Below, piece after piece: positions 47,431 to 56,411 of a stretch of 64,000 nt of DNA. The DNA lies in contig CAWFAD010000016.1 of the NCBI GenBank assembly GCA_963813815.1, forward strand, positions 512,001 to 576,000. Reading direction: 5' to 3'. This stretch comes from an uncultured bacterium (GTDB lineage Bacteria > Krumholzibacteriota > Krumholzibacteriia > Krumholzibacteriales > Krumholzibacteriaceae). Within the stretch, counting starts at the first letter, position 1; each line of letters starts with the position of its first letter. The notes beneath the pieces are model-generated. The model ran no database searches and had not been told where the DNA came from. It was given only the letters and a program-made list of their open reading frames with translations. The position numbers and the translations under genes were made by a program.

Positions 47431-47449
47431 TGTGCGGCGAGCCCGCGCC

Positions 47450-49489
47450 CTATTTCTTCAGGTACTCCGCGAGCCACTCGTGAACGGTCTTCCACCACAG
47501 CTCCGCGTTCTGCGGCTTCGCCACGAAGTGCGTCTCGTCGGGGAAGTAGAGGAACTTCGACGGCACGCCGCGGCGCTGGAGCGCCGTGAAGAGCTGCATG
47601 CTCTCCGTAACGGGCACGCGGAAATCGTTCGCGCCGTGGATGACGAGCGTCGGCGTCGTGAAGCTCGCCGCGTAGTTGTGCGGCGACCATTTTTCGTAGA
47701 GCTCGCGGTTCGTCCACGGAGTGCCTTTCATCTCCCACTCGGGGAACCAGAGCTCCTCGGTGGCGCCGTACATGCTTTCGAGGTTGTAGGTGCCCGAGTG
47801 CGAGACGAGGCAGCGGAACACGCCTTCCGTGTGCCCGAGGAGCCAGTCGATCATGTACCCGCCGTAGGAAGCGCCCGCCGCGGCGACGCGCGATGCGTCG
47901 ACGTAAGGGAGCGACTTGAGGTGGTCGAGCCCCTTCATGACGTCCTCGTAGGGGGCTCCGCCCCAGTCGCCGCTGATCTCGTCGGTGAAGGCCTGCCCGA
48001 AACCCGTGCTTCCGTGGAAGTTCACCGTGGCGGCGACGTAACCGGGAGAGGCGAACATCTGCCAGTTCCAGCGATAGTGAAAGTCGTCGCCGAACGCCCC
48101 CTGCGGACCGCCGTGGACGAGAAGGACGAGCGGGTACTTCCTCGAAGGATCGAAGCCGGGCGGCTTCAGCACGAAGCCCTGAATCTCGTCTCCGAGCGCG
48201 CCCTCGAAGACGAACTCCTCGATCGGATTCATCTCGATTCCGGCGAGCGCCTCGGCGTTGACGTCGGTGAGCCTCTTGGCCGCGCCCCCCTTGACCGGAG
48301 CGCTGAAGAGATCGACGGGGTGCGTCGCGCTCTGGCGCTTGAAGACGAGCGTCTTCCCGTCGGGCGTCGTCCGCACGCCCTGATCGTACGCGCCGCGGAT
48401 GACGAGTTTCGCGTCGCCCCCCTTCACGGAGACGACGCCGACCGACGAGCGGCCCCGGTCCTCGACGGTGAAGTAGAGGGATTTCGAATCCGGGCTCCAC
48501 GAGACGGCGTCGATGCTGTAGTCGAAATTTTCCGTGAGGTTCGACGCCTCGCCGGTCCGGCGGTCATACAGCATGAGGCGAACGCGGTCGGCCTCGAATC
48601 CGGGCCGCATCATGGCGCGGTAGGCGATGTACCGGCCGTTCGGCGAGTAGCGGGGGTTGTTGTCGTTCGCGCGGTTCGACGCGGTGATGCTGCGCGGGGT
48701 GCCGCCCCGGAGGCTCACGACGTAGAGATCGTTGTTCGTCGAGGTCGCGACGAAGGGATCGGGATTCATCACGAAGCACAGCTCCGCGCCGTCCGGCGAA
48801 AACTCGACGTCGCCGTCGCCGCCGAGAGCGATGGGGGGAACGTCGACGCGGCCCTTCGTGACCTCGACGAGGAAGGAGCCCTCCGTGTCGGTGAGGAAGA
48901 GGTGCTCCCATTTTTCGTTTCGCCATGCGTTCCAGTGGCGGTAGAGGAGGTGATCGAAGATCTGCGCCTTGACCGCGCTCGAATCCTTCGCCGCCATCAT
49001 CTTCGCGTTGCAGTCCATGTCGGGGCATTCCGGGTAGACGCCGGACGTGAAGGCGATGGTGCGTCCGTCGGGGGACCAGCGGAAGGTCGAGATCTCGGTC
49101 GGGATGTCGGTGATCTTCGCGGCCTCGCCGCCGCCCACGGGGATCACCCATATCTGGGAGCCCCCGTCGCGGTCCGAGATGAAGGCGAGACGCTTTCCGT
49201 CGGAGGACCACTGGGGAGAGCCGTTCCGGCCGTCGCTCCGCACGAAGGGCACGGCCTCGCCGCCGCGCGCCGGCACGAGCCAGATGTCCGTGTCGGACGA
49301 GTTCGCGGCCTTGTCGAAGCTCGCGAGCTCGAAGGCGATCCATTTCCCGTCGGGGGAGATATCGAACCCGCCGATCCTCTTCATGGCGAAGAGGTCGTCG
49401 AAGACGATGCCCCGGGGCGGCGCCGCCGCGCTCGAGACGGCGATCGCGACGGCGAGAAAGACGAGGGCGGCGGCGAGACGGTATTTCAC
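47450..49489 (-). CDS. Secreted S9 family peptidase (DAP2/acylaminoacyl type)
   Basis: PD40/TolB-like propeller, 'VHGGPQ', 'GASYGG' (Ser), 'DFRV' (Asp), 'ETH' (His). Confidence 0.93.
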   Translation of the reverse strand: MKYRLAAALVFLAVAIAVSSAAAPPRGIVFDDLFAMKRIGGFDISPDGKWIAFELASFDKAANSSDTDIWLVPARGGEAVPFVRSDGRNGSPQWSSDGKRLAFISDRDGGSQIWVIPVGGGEAAKITDIPTEISTFRWSPDGRTIAFTSGVYPECPDMDCNAKMMAAKDSSAVKAQIFDHLLYRHWNAWRNEKWEHLFLTDTEGSFLVEVTKGRVDVPPIALGGDGDVEFSPDGAELCFVMNPDPFVATSTNNDLYVVSLRGGTPRSITASNRANDNNPRYSPNGRYIAYRAMMRPGFEADRVRLMLYDRRTGEASNLTENFDYSIDAVSWSPDSKSLYFTVEDRGRSSVGVVSVKGGDAKLVIRGAYDQGVRTTPDGKTLVFKRQSATHPVDLFSAPVKGGAAKRLTDVNAEALAGIEMNPIEEFVFEGALGDEIQGFVLKPPGFDPSRKYPLVLLVHGGPQGAFGDDFHYRWNWQMFASPGYVAATVNFHGSTGFGQAFTDEISGDWGGAPYEDVMKGLDHLKSLPYVDASRVAAAGASYGGYMIDWLLGHTEGVFRCLVSHSGTYNLESMYGATEELWFPEWEMKGTPWTNRELYEKWSPHNYAASFTTPTLVIHGANDFRVPVTESMQLFTALQRRGVPSKFLYFPDETHFVAKPQNAELWWKTVHEWLAEYLKK

Positions 49490-49625
49490 GGCAATCCTCC
49501 TTTGTGCGGACGGTCGCGGCGCCCGGAGTGCCCGGGCGCAGGAATTTCATTGTAGGAAAACGCGCGCCGGGCGGCAACCCCGAAAGAGGCTATCCGGCGC
49601 TTCGCGCCCCCGGCCCCGCCGGCGG

Positions 49626-50867
49626 TCAGACCCACAAGAGCTTCAGCTCTTCGATCCGCCGCGGTATGTCGACGGCGCGGGCGCAGCGCGCGCCGCATGA
49701 GGCGCACGAGCGGCACGCCTCGGCGCCCCGCCCCGGCTCGATCGCGTCGAGCGCCTCGCGCGCGGCCGGGAGGTTGCCGTACTGCGCGGCGTACATGTGC
49801 GTTCGGACGAGCGAGGGAACGTCGGCTCCGCGCGGGCAGCTCGCGAGGCACGCGCCGCACTGGCGGCAAAATCCCATGCCGAGCTTCACCTTGTTGTCGG
49901 CGAGGAAGCGCTTCTCCTCGGCGCCGAGCGAGAGATCGCGCGCGACGGAGAAGTCGAGCTCGAGCTGCTCGCGCGTCGTGAAACCGGGAATAACGGTCGT
50001 GACGCGCTCGTCGCGGAGAGCCCATTTGAAGCACGCCCGCGTGATCGTCTCGCGGGCGTACCCGTCGCGCGTGTCGGCCCCGGGCCCGCGGTCCCCGCCC
50101 GCCATCGTCTTCATGCCGATGACGCCGATTCCCTTTTTCGCGGCGTTCCCGATCGCCCGCTCCAGCTCCTCGTCGTCCGCCATGGTGAAGTTGTACGAGG
50201 CGAGCACGACGTCGTAGAACCCGCCGCGGGCAGCCTCGTTCAACACGTCCGCCATCCCCGTGTGGGTCGAGACCCCGACGAGGCGGGCCTTTCCCGATTT
50301 CTTGAACTCCCGGAGCGCCTCGAGCGCCCCCGGCTCGTTCATGTCCTCGGCCGAGGAGACGTCGTGGATGTAGAGGATGTCCACGTAATCGGTGCCGAGG
50401 CGCCGAAGGCTCCCCTCGAAGGCCGCGAGAAGCTTTTTCTTCGAGTCCTCGGCCGAGAGCCCCCGCCGCTGCTGGCGCGTGTGCCCCTTCGTCGCGATCG
50501 TGACCTTGTCTCTCGCGCCGAGCTCGCGTATGACGGAGCCGACCATGGTTTCGTTCCGGCCGAATTGATAGTTGGCGGCCGTGTCGAAGTGGCGAATTCC
50601 GAGATCGTACGCCGCCCTCAGAAGGCCCGGCATGTCGGCGTTCATGACGCCCATGCTCACCACGGGAATCTCGATACCCGTCTTTCCGAGCGCGCGGCGG
50701 ATCGCTCCGCCGCCGGATTGCTTTTCCCCGGCGTCGCGGCGGGTCTTCGGCTCCGATCGTCCGAGAGCGCGCGCCGGAACTCCGCCGAGCGCGGCGGCCG
50801 AGGAGAGCGCGGCGAGCGCTCCGGCGATGAATCCCCGGCGCGTGATTTCCGTACGGTCGTGTTCCAT
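49626..50867 (-). CDS. Tat-signal aldo/keto reductase with C-terminal Fe-S cysteines
   Basis: 'ITRRGFI', 'FDTAANY', 'TKG', 'YIH', 'CRQCGAC..SCP', 'CRSCASC..RC'. Confidence 0.88.
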   Translation of the reverse strand: MEHDRTEITRRGFIAGALAALSSAAALGGVPARALGRSEPKTRRDAGEKQSGGGAIRRALGKTGIEIPVVSMGVMNADMPGLLRAAYDLGIRHFDTAANYQFGRNETMVGSVIRELGARDKVTIATKGHTRQQRRGLSAEDSKKKLLAAFEGSLRRLGTDYVDILYIHDVSSAEDMNEPGALEALREFKKSGKARLVGVSTHTGMADVLNEAARGGFYDVVLASYNFTMADDEELERAIGNAAKKGIGVIGMKTMAGGDRGPGADTRDGYARETITRACFKWALRDERVTTVIPGFTTREQLELDFSVARDLSLGAEEKRFLADNKVKLGMGFCRQCGACLASCPRGADVPSLVRTHMYAAQYGNLPAAREALDAIEPGRGAEACRSCASCGARCARAVDIPRRIEELKLLWV

Positions 50868-50875
50868 GGCCCCTC

Positions 50876-52486
50876 CTAACCGCCGAGCCGCTTGATCATC
50901 GTCTCGGCCTGCGTCTTGAGCGCGTCCCGCGTTCTCTCGTCGAGGGACGAATCGATGGGGAGCAGCCCGAGCGTCTTCTCGAAACAGCCGCGGGCCTCCT
51001 CCGCGCGTCCCGCGTACGCGCAGGCCTCGCCGAGGTTCGCCCACGCGCCGGCCGAATCGGGATAGAGCACGGAGCCCTCTCTGAATATGTCGACCGCGTC
51101 CTCGACCCGCTGAGCGGTGAGGAACTGGTACCCGAGCGCCCTGACGGCCGAATGGGAGAGGGGGCGCTCCTCGCCGCGGCCGCGAAGGTCGCGCAGCAGC
51201 CGGAGGCCGGCCGCGACGCCCTCTTCCCAGAAAACGGATGCGAGCTCCTCCTCGCGAAGAGGCGCCGGCGAGCCGCGCGCGATCCGGAACGCCGCGACGC
51301 CGGGGAGAGAATCTCCCCGCGCGGCCTTCTCGAGCGCCGCGGAGCTTTCGCCGTCTCCCTTGAGAACGTCGTCGAGGAACAGGCGGACGAGCCGGCAGAG
51401 ATGCCCGTACGAGCGATCTTTGCCGTCCGGAGCGTTTCCGGGCACCGCCGCCGCGAGCGCCCCGAAATTCGTGAAATCGCTTCCCTGCGCTCCGGACATC
51501 GTCGCGATCCGGCGCGTCGAGTGTCTGAGCGCATCCGAGGCGGCGAGTACGCCCCCCTCCTGATCCGCGGTGCACGCGGCGAGCAGGGGGACGGTCATTC
51601 TCTCCGGCCGGTAGCCCCGGTGCGACGAGAGGAGCTCCGCGGCGCCGGGCGCCGCGGCCCATTCGCCGAAGGCTGCGACCGCGTCGACGTCCGAGTTCCG
51701 CATGGCGAGAACGAGCGCGGCGAGCGCGCCGAAACCCCGGCCGACGAGGGCGAGCGAGGCGGCGTCCGCGTGCGGTTTGCCGCGGAGCTCGGCGACGGCG
51801 AATTCCTTGTCGCGGACGAGGGCTTCGAGATCGTCGGGATTCGCCGCGGGATCGCGCAGCATGCTTCCGAGCGGCTGCGTCGCAGCGACTACGTAGCCGT
51901 GGCTCGCCAGGTATTCGCAGAGGAGGGCGTTTTCGCCGGGGCTTCCCCGCAGATCGGAGTGGTACACGACGACGGGAAACGGCCCCGCGAGCGGCTTCGC
52001 GCCGCGGACCGCCACGAGCTCGACGTTCATGAGATCGACGACGCTTCCTCGCTGTCCCCCGAAATAGGGGTAGAGCATCGAGTAGACCTCGCGCTCCTGA
52101 AGCCGCGAGAGGAGCGGAAAGAGCGCCGGATCGGACGGGCTCGCGAAGGAGCATTCGCCGTAGACCATCCTCGGCCCCGCCGGCGTTTCTTCGGCGGGAT
52201 ACCAGAGATGGATGAAAACGGGCCGCGCGCGCTCGCCGGACCGCGCCGTTCCATCCGGCCCCCGCTCGTTTCTGAACGTGCGCGAGCAATCGAAGCGCTC
52301 GATCGCCTCGAAGCCCACGGCGTGCGGACCGTACTCGATCCCCCCGCCGGGCGGAGGAAGATCGGCGTCTTCCGCGCGAGCGGGCCCGCGCGGAAGCGTC
52401 AAGGCGATCGCGAGCGCCGCGGCGGCCAGCGCCTGCCGTGCGCGCGCGGGCCTTCTCTCGTATCGAGGACCAAGACGCGCGATCAT
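50876..52486 (-). CDS. Secreted dienelactone-hydrolase-like alpha/beta fold + TPR protein, apparently catalytically degenerate
   Basis: 'GPHAVGF', 'LWYPA', 'FPVVVY', 'EYLASHGYVV'; nucleophile elbow reads 'VGRGFG'; C-terminal TPR. Confidence 0.75.
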   Translation of the reverse strand: MIARLGPRYERRPARARQALAAAALAIALTLPRGPARAEDADLPPPGGGIEYGPHAVGFEAIERFDCSRTFRNERGPDGTARSGERARPVFIHLWYPAEETPAGPRMVYGECSFASPSDPALFPLLSRLQEREVYSMLYPYFGGQRGSVVDLMNVELVAVRGAKPLAGPFPVVVYHSDLRGSPGENALLCEYLASHGYVVAATQPLGSMLRDPAANPDDLEALVRDKEFAVAELRGKPHADAASLALVGRGFGALAALVLAMRNSDVDAVAAFGEWAAAPGAAELLSSHRGYRPERMTVPLLAACTADQEGGVLAASDALRHSTRRIATMSGAQGSDFTNFGALAAAVPGNAPDGKDRSYGHLCRLVRLFLDDVLKGDGESSAALEKAARGDSLPGVAAFRIARGSPAPLREEELASVFWEEGVAAGLRLLRDLRGRGEERPLSHSAVRALGYQFLTAQRVEDAVDIFREGSVLYPDSAGAWANLGEACAYAGRAEEARGCFEKTLGLLPIDSSLDERTRDALKTQAETMIKRLGG

Positions 52487-52598
52487 GCCGGCAGCATACC
52501 GCAGATGGGGCGCCGAGGCAAGGCAAGCGAGGGATGAGGCGTCGGGAGAATGGACTTCCGGGAAAGGGCGAACGGCGGAGCGCGGCGCGGCGAATCCG

Positions 52599-53645
52599 CT
52601 ACGGCACGGCAACGGCGGCGGGAGCGGCTTCGGCGGCTTGAGGCTCGGCGTCGGAGAGACGCTTCGAAACCTCGGAGAAGAGCCTTTCCGCCTGCTGGAA
52701 GCAGCTCACGATGACCGGGTCGAACTGCTTGCCCCGCTGATCGAGGATGTACTGCCTGGCGTCATCGTGCGACATGGCTTTCTTGTACGGCCGCTTCGAG
52801 GTGAGGGCGTCGTACACGTCCGCGAGCGCCACGATTCGCGCGCAGATGGGGATGTCGCCGGCCTTCAACCCGTGCGGATAGCCGCTTCCGTCGAATCGCT
52901 CGTGGTGCCAGAACGCGATGTCGCGCGCCGTTTCGAGAAACTTCGCCCCCGGGTACTGCGCGAGCGCCTGCCCGAGCGTCTTGCCCCCGATGATGGAGTG
53001 CGTTTTCATGATCTCGAATTCGCGCGGGTCGAGAGCGCCCGGCTTGAGGAGAATGGCGTCGGGAATGCCGACCTTTCCGATGTCATGGAGCGGGCTCGTG
53101 AGATAGATCGTTTCCACGTCGGCCGGCGAGATACGCTCGGGACAATCGCTCGTATGGGCGAGCACGTTGCCGAGGAGGCGCGAGTACTCTCGGATGCGGT
53201 CGAGGTGGCGGCCCGTCTCGGGATCGCGCGATTCGGCGAGCTTCGCGAGCGCGAAGATGACCATGTAGTGCTGCTCCGCCGACAGGATGCGCTCGGCCAC
53301 CCGGATGCGCGCTTCGAGCTCGACCGGATCGAACGGCTTCATGAGAAACTCGTCCGCTCCGGCCCGCAACCCCTCGATGATGTCCGCTTTCTGGGTTCGG
53401 GACGTGAGCATGATGATGTAGGTATAGCCGGCCAGCGTTTGCGAGCGGATCCACGTGCAGAGCGCCGGTCCGTCCATCTTCGGCATGACCCAATCCGTGA
53501 CGACCATGCGGATGGAATTCGAGAAGATCTTGTTCATCGCCTCGACGCCGTTTTCGGCCGTTACGACCTCGTGACCCTTTTCGACCAGGGTGTTCGTGAC
53601 GAGTTCGCGGTAGAGCTTGTCGTCGTCGACCACGAGTATCTTCAT
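52599..53645 (-). CDS. Response regulator with HD-GYP c-di-GMP phosphodiesterase domain (RpfG-like)
   Basis: REC 'VVDDD..TDWVMPKMDG..KPF'; 'HDIGK', 'HHERFDGSGYP', 'DVYDAL.SKRPYK'. Confidence 0.93.
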   Translation of the reverse strand: MKILVVDDDKLYRELVTNTLVEKGHEVVTAENGVEAMNKIFSNSIRMVVTDWVMPKMDGPALCTWIRSQTLAGYTYIIMLTSRTQKADIIEGLRAGADEFLMKPFDPVELEARIRVAERILSAEQHYMVIFALAKLAESRDPETGRHLDRIREYSRLLGNVLAHTSDCPERISPADVETIYLTSPLHDIGKVGIPDAILLKPGALDPREFEIMKTHSIIGGKTLGQALAQYPGAKFLETARDIAFWHHERFDGSGYPHGLKAGDIPICARIVALADVYDALTSKRPYKKAMSHDDARQYILDQRGKQFDPVIVSCFQQAERLFSEVSKRLSDAEPQAAEAAPAAVAVP

Positions 53646-54009
53646 GATGCGCTCTCCGAATTCATGACGCCCGCGAGCTTCGTTCGCTCGCCGTCCGGTC
53701 AGGGCACGAGGCGGCCCGAACCCGCCGGCTCGCTCGAGCCGGACTTTCAGCCGTGCACCACATGAGCGCAAGAATCGTACCCGCAGGGCTTCCCAGGCGC
53801 TCCATTGGGTATATCTACTCATATACGCGGCGCGAATGCCGGGCAATTTCGCGGCCCGGAAGGGGCTTTTGAGGCTACCATAAGCCATTTTCCCCGGATG
53901 GGCCCCGAATGATTCGCGGAGGGCGCCGGAGGGCGTTCCGATGGGGGGTGGGAGGGCCGAGCGCGGGGCTCCGTCGGCCGTTTTGAGAATAATTCCTCGC
54001 TCTTTGCCT

Positions 54010-54984
54010 TTAGCCCCGCAACCGTTCATGGCGGTAATACATCTGCTCCCCGCGCCGCTCGGCGCGTATTCTACCGCCTCGAACGAGCCCCTCCAGCATG
54101 CCGTCGATCCGGGGAGACGGGCCTCCGAAAGACGCGTATATGTCGGAGGCGGTGCACGGCCGCCGTGAGAGGAGGGCGAGGATGGCCTCCTCCAGTATCT
54201 CCTCTTCGTGGCGCGTTCGCGTCGTGCCTGCCGAGGCGATGACCTCGCACCTCGGTCCGAACGACCGGCGGATGCGGTCGAGCGCCTCCGCTCCGAGCGG
54301 TCCGGCGCCGCTCTCGGTGCCCGGCCGGACGGCCGTATTGAGCTGCACGCGGTCCGCGCGCACGCGGCCCGCGATCCGGCGAAGCGCCGCGAGGTTCGCA
54401 TCGCCCGCGTTGTAGCCGTCGACGAGGAGGATCTCGAGGAGCGCCGTTCCGCGGTACGAGGCGAGGAAGGTCTCGAGGCCGCCGACGAGCCGTTCGAGCG
54501 TGCATTCCTCGTGCGGACGGTTGACGCGCAGGTAGTCCTCCTCGATCGCGGCGTCGAGGGACGGGAGCACGATGTCGGCCCGGGCGAGCTCTTCGCGCAC
54601 CTCCTCCATCCAGAGGAGGGAGCTGTTGGTTATGACGGCCACGGGAAGCCCCGTGAGACGCTTCGCCCCGTCGATGAGCTCTCCCATGCCCCGATAGAGG
54701 GTCGGCTCGCCGGAGCCCGACAGGGTGACGACGTCGGGCTTGTTCTTCGCGCGCGCGAGGTGCGTTTCGAGCTCGTCGAGCGCTTCGCGCGGGTCGAGGA
54801 ACGCTTCCCGCCGGCACGTCTTCGCCGTGGTCGCCCCGCATTCGCAGTAGACGCAGTCGAAGGTGCAGGTCTTGTAGGGGATGACGTCGATGCCGAGGGA
54901 GAGCCCGAGCCTCCGCGAGGGGACGGGGCCGAAGATGCGCTTCAAACCCGAGCGCGGTCGATGTTCCGGTGCCGGTCGCGTCAT
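54010..54984 (-). CDS. Radical SAM protein (COG0731-like)
   Basis: 'FGPVPSRRLGLSLGID', 'CTFDCVYC', 'SGSGEPTL', 'PSLDA'. Confidence 0.9.
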   Translation of the reverse strand: MTRPAPEHRPRSGLKRIFGPVPSRRLGLSLGIDVIPYKTCTFDCVYCECGATTAKTCRREAFLDPREALDELETHLARAKNKPDVVTLSGSGEPTLYRGMGELIDGAKRLTGLPVAVITNSSLLWMEEVREELARADIVLPSLDAAIEEDYLRVNRPHEECTLERLVGGLETFLASYRGTALLEILLVDGYNAGDANLAALRRIAGRVRADRVQLNTAVRPGTESGAGPLGAEALDRIRRSFGPRCEVIASAGTTRTRHEEEILEEAILALLSRRPCTASDIYASFGGPSPRIDGMLEGLVRGGRIRAERRGEQMYYRHERLRG

Positions 54985-56282
54985 CGTTCCTCGATTCCCG
55001 GCGCCGGGTCCGCCGGATGTCTCCGGTCGGGCCTCGGCCGTTTTCGCAGGAGAAACGCTCCGAACAGAACGCCCGCGGCGAGAGCGAGAAACGCTCCGGT
55101 GAAAAAGGTCGTCTCGGGCGAAAACCGCCGCCACAGCCAGCCGCCGATGATTCCCGCGGGCAGGAGCGAGAGCCCGATCACGGTATGGTACAGGGCGAAT
55201 CCGGTCGCCCGCCTCTCCTTCGGGACGATCGTCGCGAGATACGCGGTACCCACGCCCTCGGTGAAGCCGAGGTAGACGCCCTGCAGCGGAAAGAGCGCCC
55301 AGAGCGCCGCGGGGCTTTCGGCGAGCGCGAACGCGGCGTACGCCGCGGCGAAGAGGAAGTAGCCGAGAAAGGCTATCCGGGCCTTGCCGGCGCGGTCGGC
55401 GAGCTTCCCCGCCGGATACGAGAGGAGCGCGCTCGCGAGGTTCATCGTGAGGTAGAGGATCGGTATGAGGCTCACGGTGAACCAGACGCTCCCGGATTCG
55501 GCGATGACGTCCCTGGCGCGCAGGATGAGAAAGAAGCTCGACGAGTTGCCGAGGTAAAAAACGGCCGTGATCGCGAGGTAGAGCTTGAGCTCGCGGGAAA
55601 ACGGCGTCCGGGCCGCGGCGGCTTCCCTCTCCCGGGGCGCGTCGGCGGCCGGTTCCGCCGGGAGCCCCGGTAGCCGGACGCGCTCGCGGACGAAAAGCTG
55701 GATCGTCGCCACCGCCACGGCGGCGGGGATCATCGCCAGCCAGAAGATCGATCGCATCCCGAGGCCCGCGGAAAGGATGACGGTCGCGAGCAGAGGACCG
55801 AGCACCGCCCCCGCGGTGTCCATCGCCCGCTGGATTCCGAAGGAGCGGCCGTACCGCTCGACGGGGCTCGCCTCGGCGATGAGGGCGTCGCGCGGCGGCG
55901 TTCTGATCCCCTTGCCGGCTCGATCGACGAGCCGAAAGGCGAGCACGTGGCCCCAGGAGCCCGAGAGCGCGAGCAGCGGGCGGGCGAGAACGGATAGCCC
56001 GTAGCCGGCGAGAATCGCGGCCTTGCGCCGTCCGGCGCGATCGGAGATCACGCCGGAGAGAACGCGGAAAAAGGAAGCCGTTCCTTCCGAGAGCCCGGCG
56101 ACGAGTCCGATCGCCACGCTCCCGGCGCCGAGGGACGCGAGAAAGACGGGGAGAAGCGGATAGATCATCTCGCTCGAGACGTCCATGAAAAAGCTCACCC
56201 AGCCGAGGGCGAGTATGGTTCTCCCGTCGAGCCGCTCGGCGGCCGCGGCGCCTATTTTTTTCTCCGAGGTCGGGCCGTTCAT
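54981..56282 (-). CDS. MFS transporter
   Basis: 'SFFMDVSSEM', 'SDRAGRRK', 'DRAGKGIRTPPRDA', 'RAMDTAGA'. Confidence 0.9.
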   Translation of the reverse strand: MNGPTSEKKIGAAAAERLDGRTILALGWVSFFMDVSSEMIYPLLPVFLASLGAGSVAIGLVAGLSEGTASFFRVLSGVISDRAGRRKAAILAGYGLSVLARPLLALSGSWGHVLAFRLVDRAGKGIRTPPRDALIAEASPVERYGRSFGIQRAMDTAGAVLGPLLATVILSAGLGMRSIFWLAMIPAAVAVATIQLFVRERVRLPGLPAEPAADAPREREAAAARTPFSRELKLYLAITAVFYLGNSSSFFLILRARDVIAESGSVWFTVSLIPILYLTMNLASALLSYPAGKLADRAGKARIAFLGYFLFAAAYAAFALAESPAALWALFPLQGVYLGFTEGVGTAYLATIVPKERRATGFALYHTVIGLSLLPAGIIGGWLWRRFSPETTFFTGAFLALAAGVLFGAFLLRKRPRPDRRHPADPAPGIEER

Positions 56283-56411
56283 TCGTTTTCTCCGTGCGCG
56301 TTCGCGAACGCCGGGCGCGGAGAACCGCGCCCGGCCCGGGGCACGAATATACGCGAGCGCGCCCAGTATACAATAATTTTTCGTGGCGCGCGACGCGCCG
56401 GAGGCACTACC

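Noticed and set aside
47432..49555. Long antisense ORFs (also 1599-3554, 5985-8186, 11643-13841, 58309-61122)
   Set aside because: Mirror frames of real genes with no recognisable motifs.
54010..54984. Radical SAM gene as the AmmeMemoRadiSam partner or a RiPP maturase
   Set aside because: It lies 28 kb from the MEMO1 gene, its motifs fit COG0731, and it has no SPASM domain or adjacent precursor peptide.
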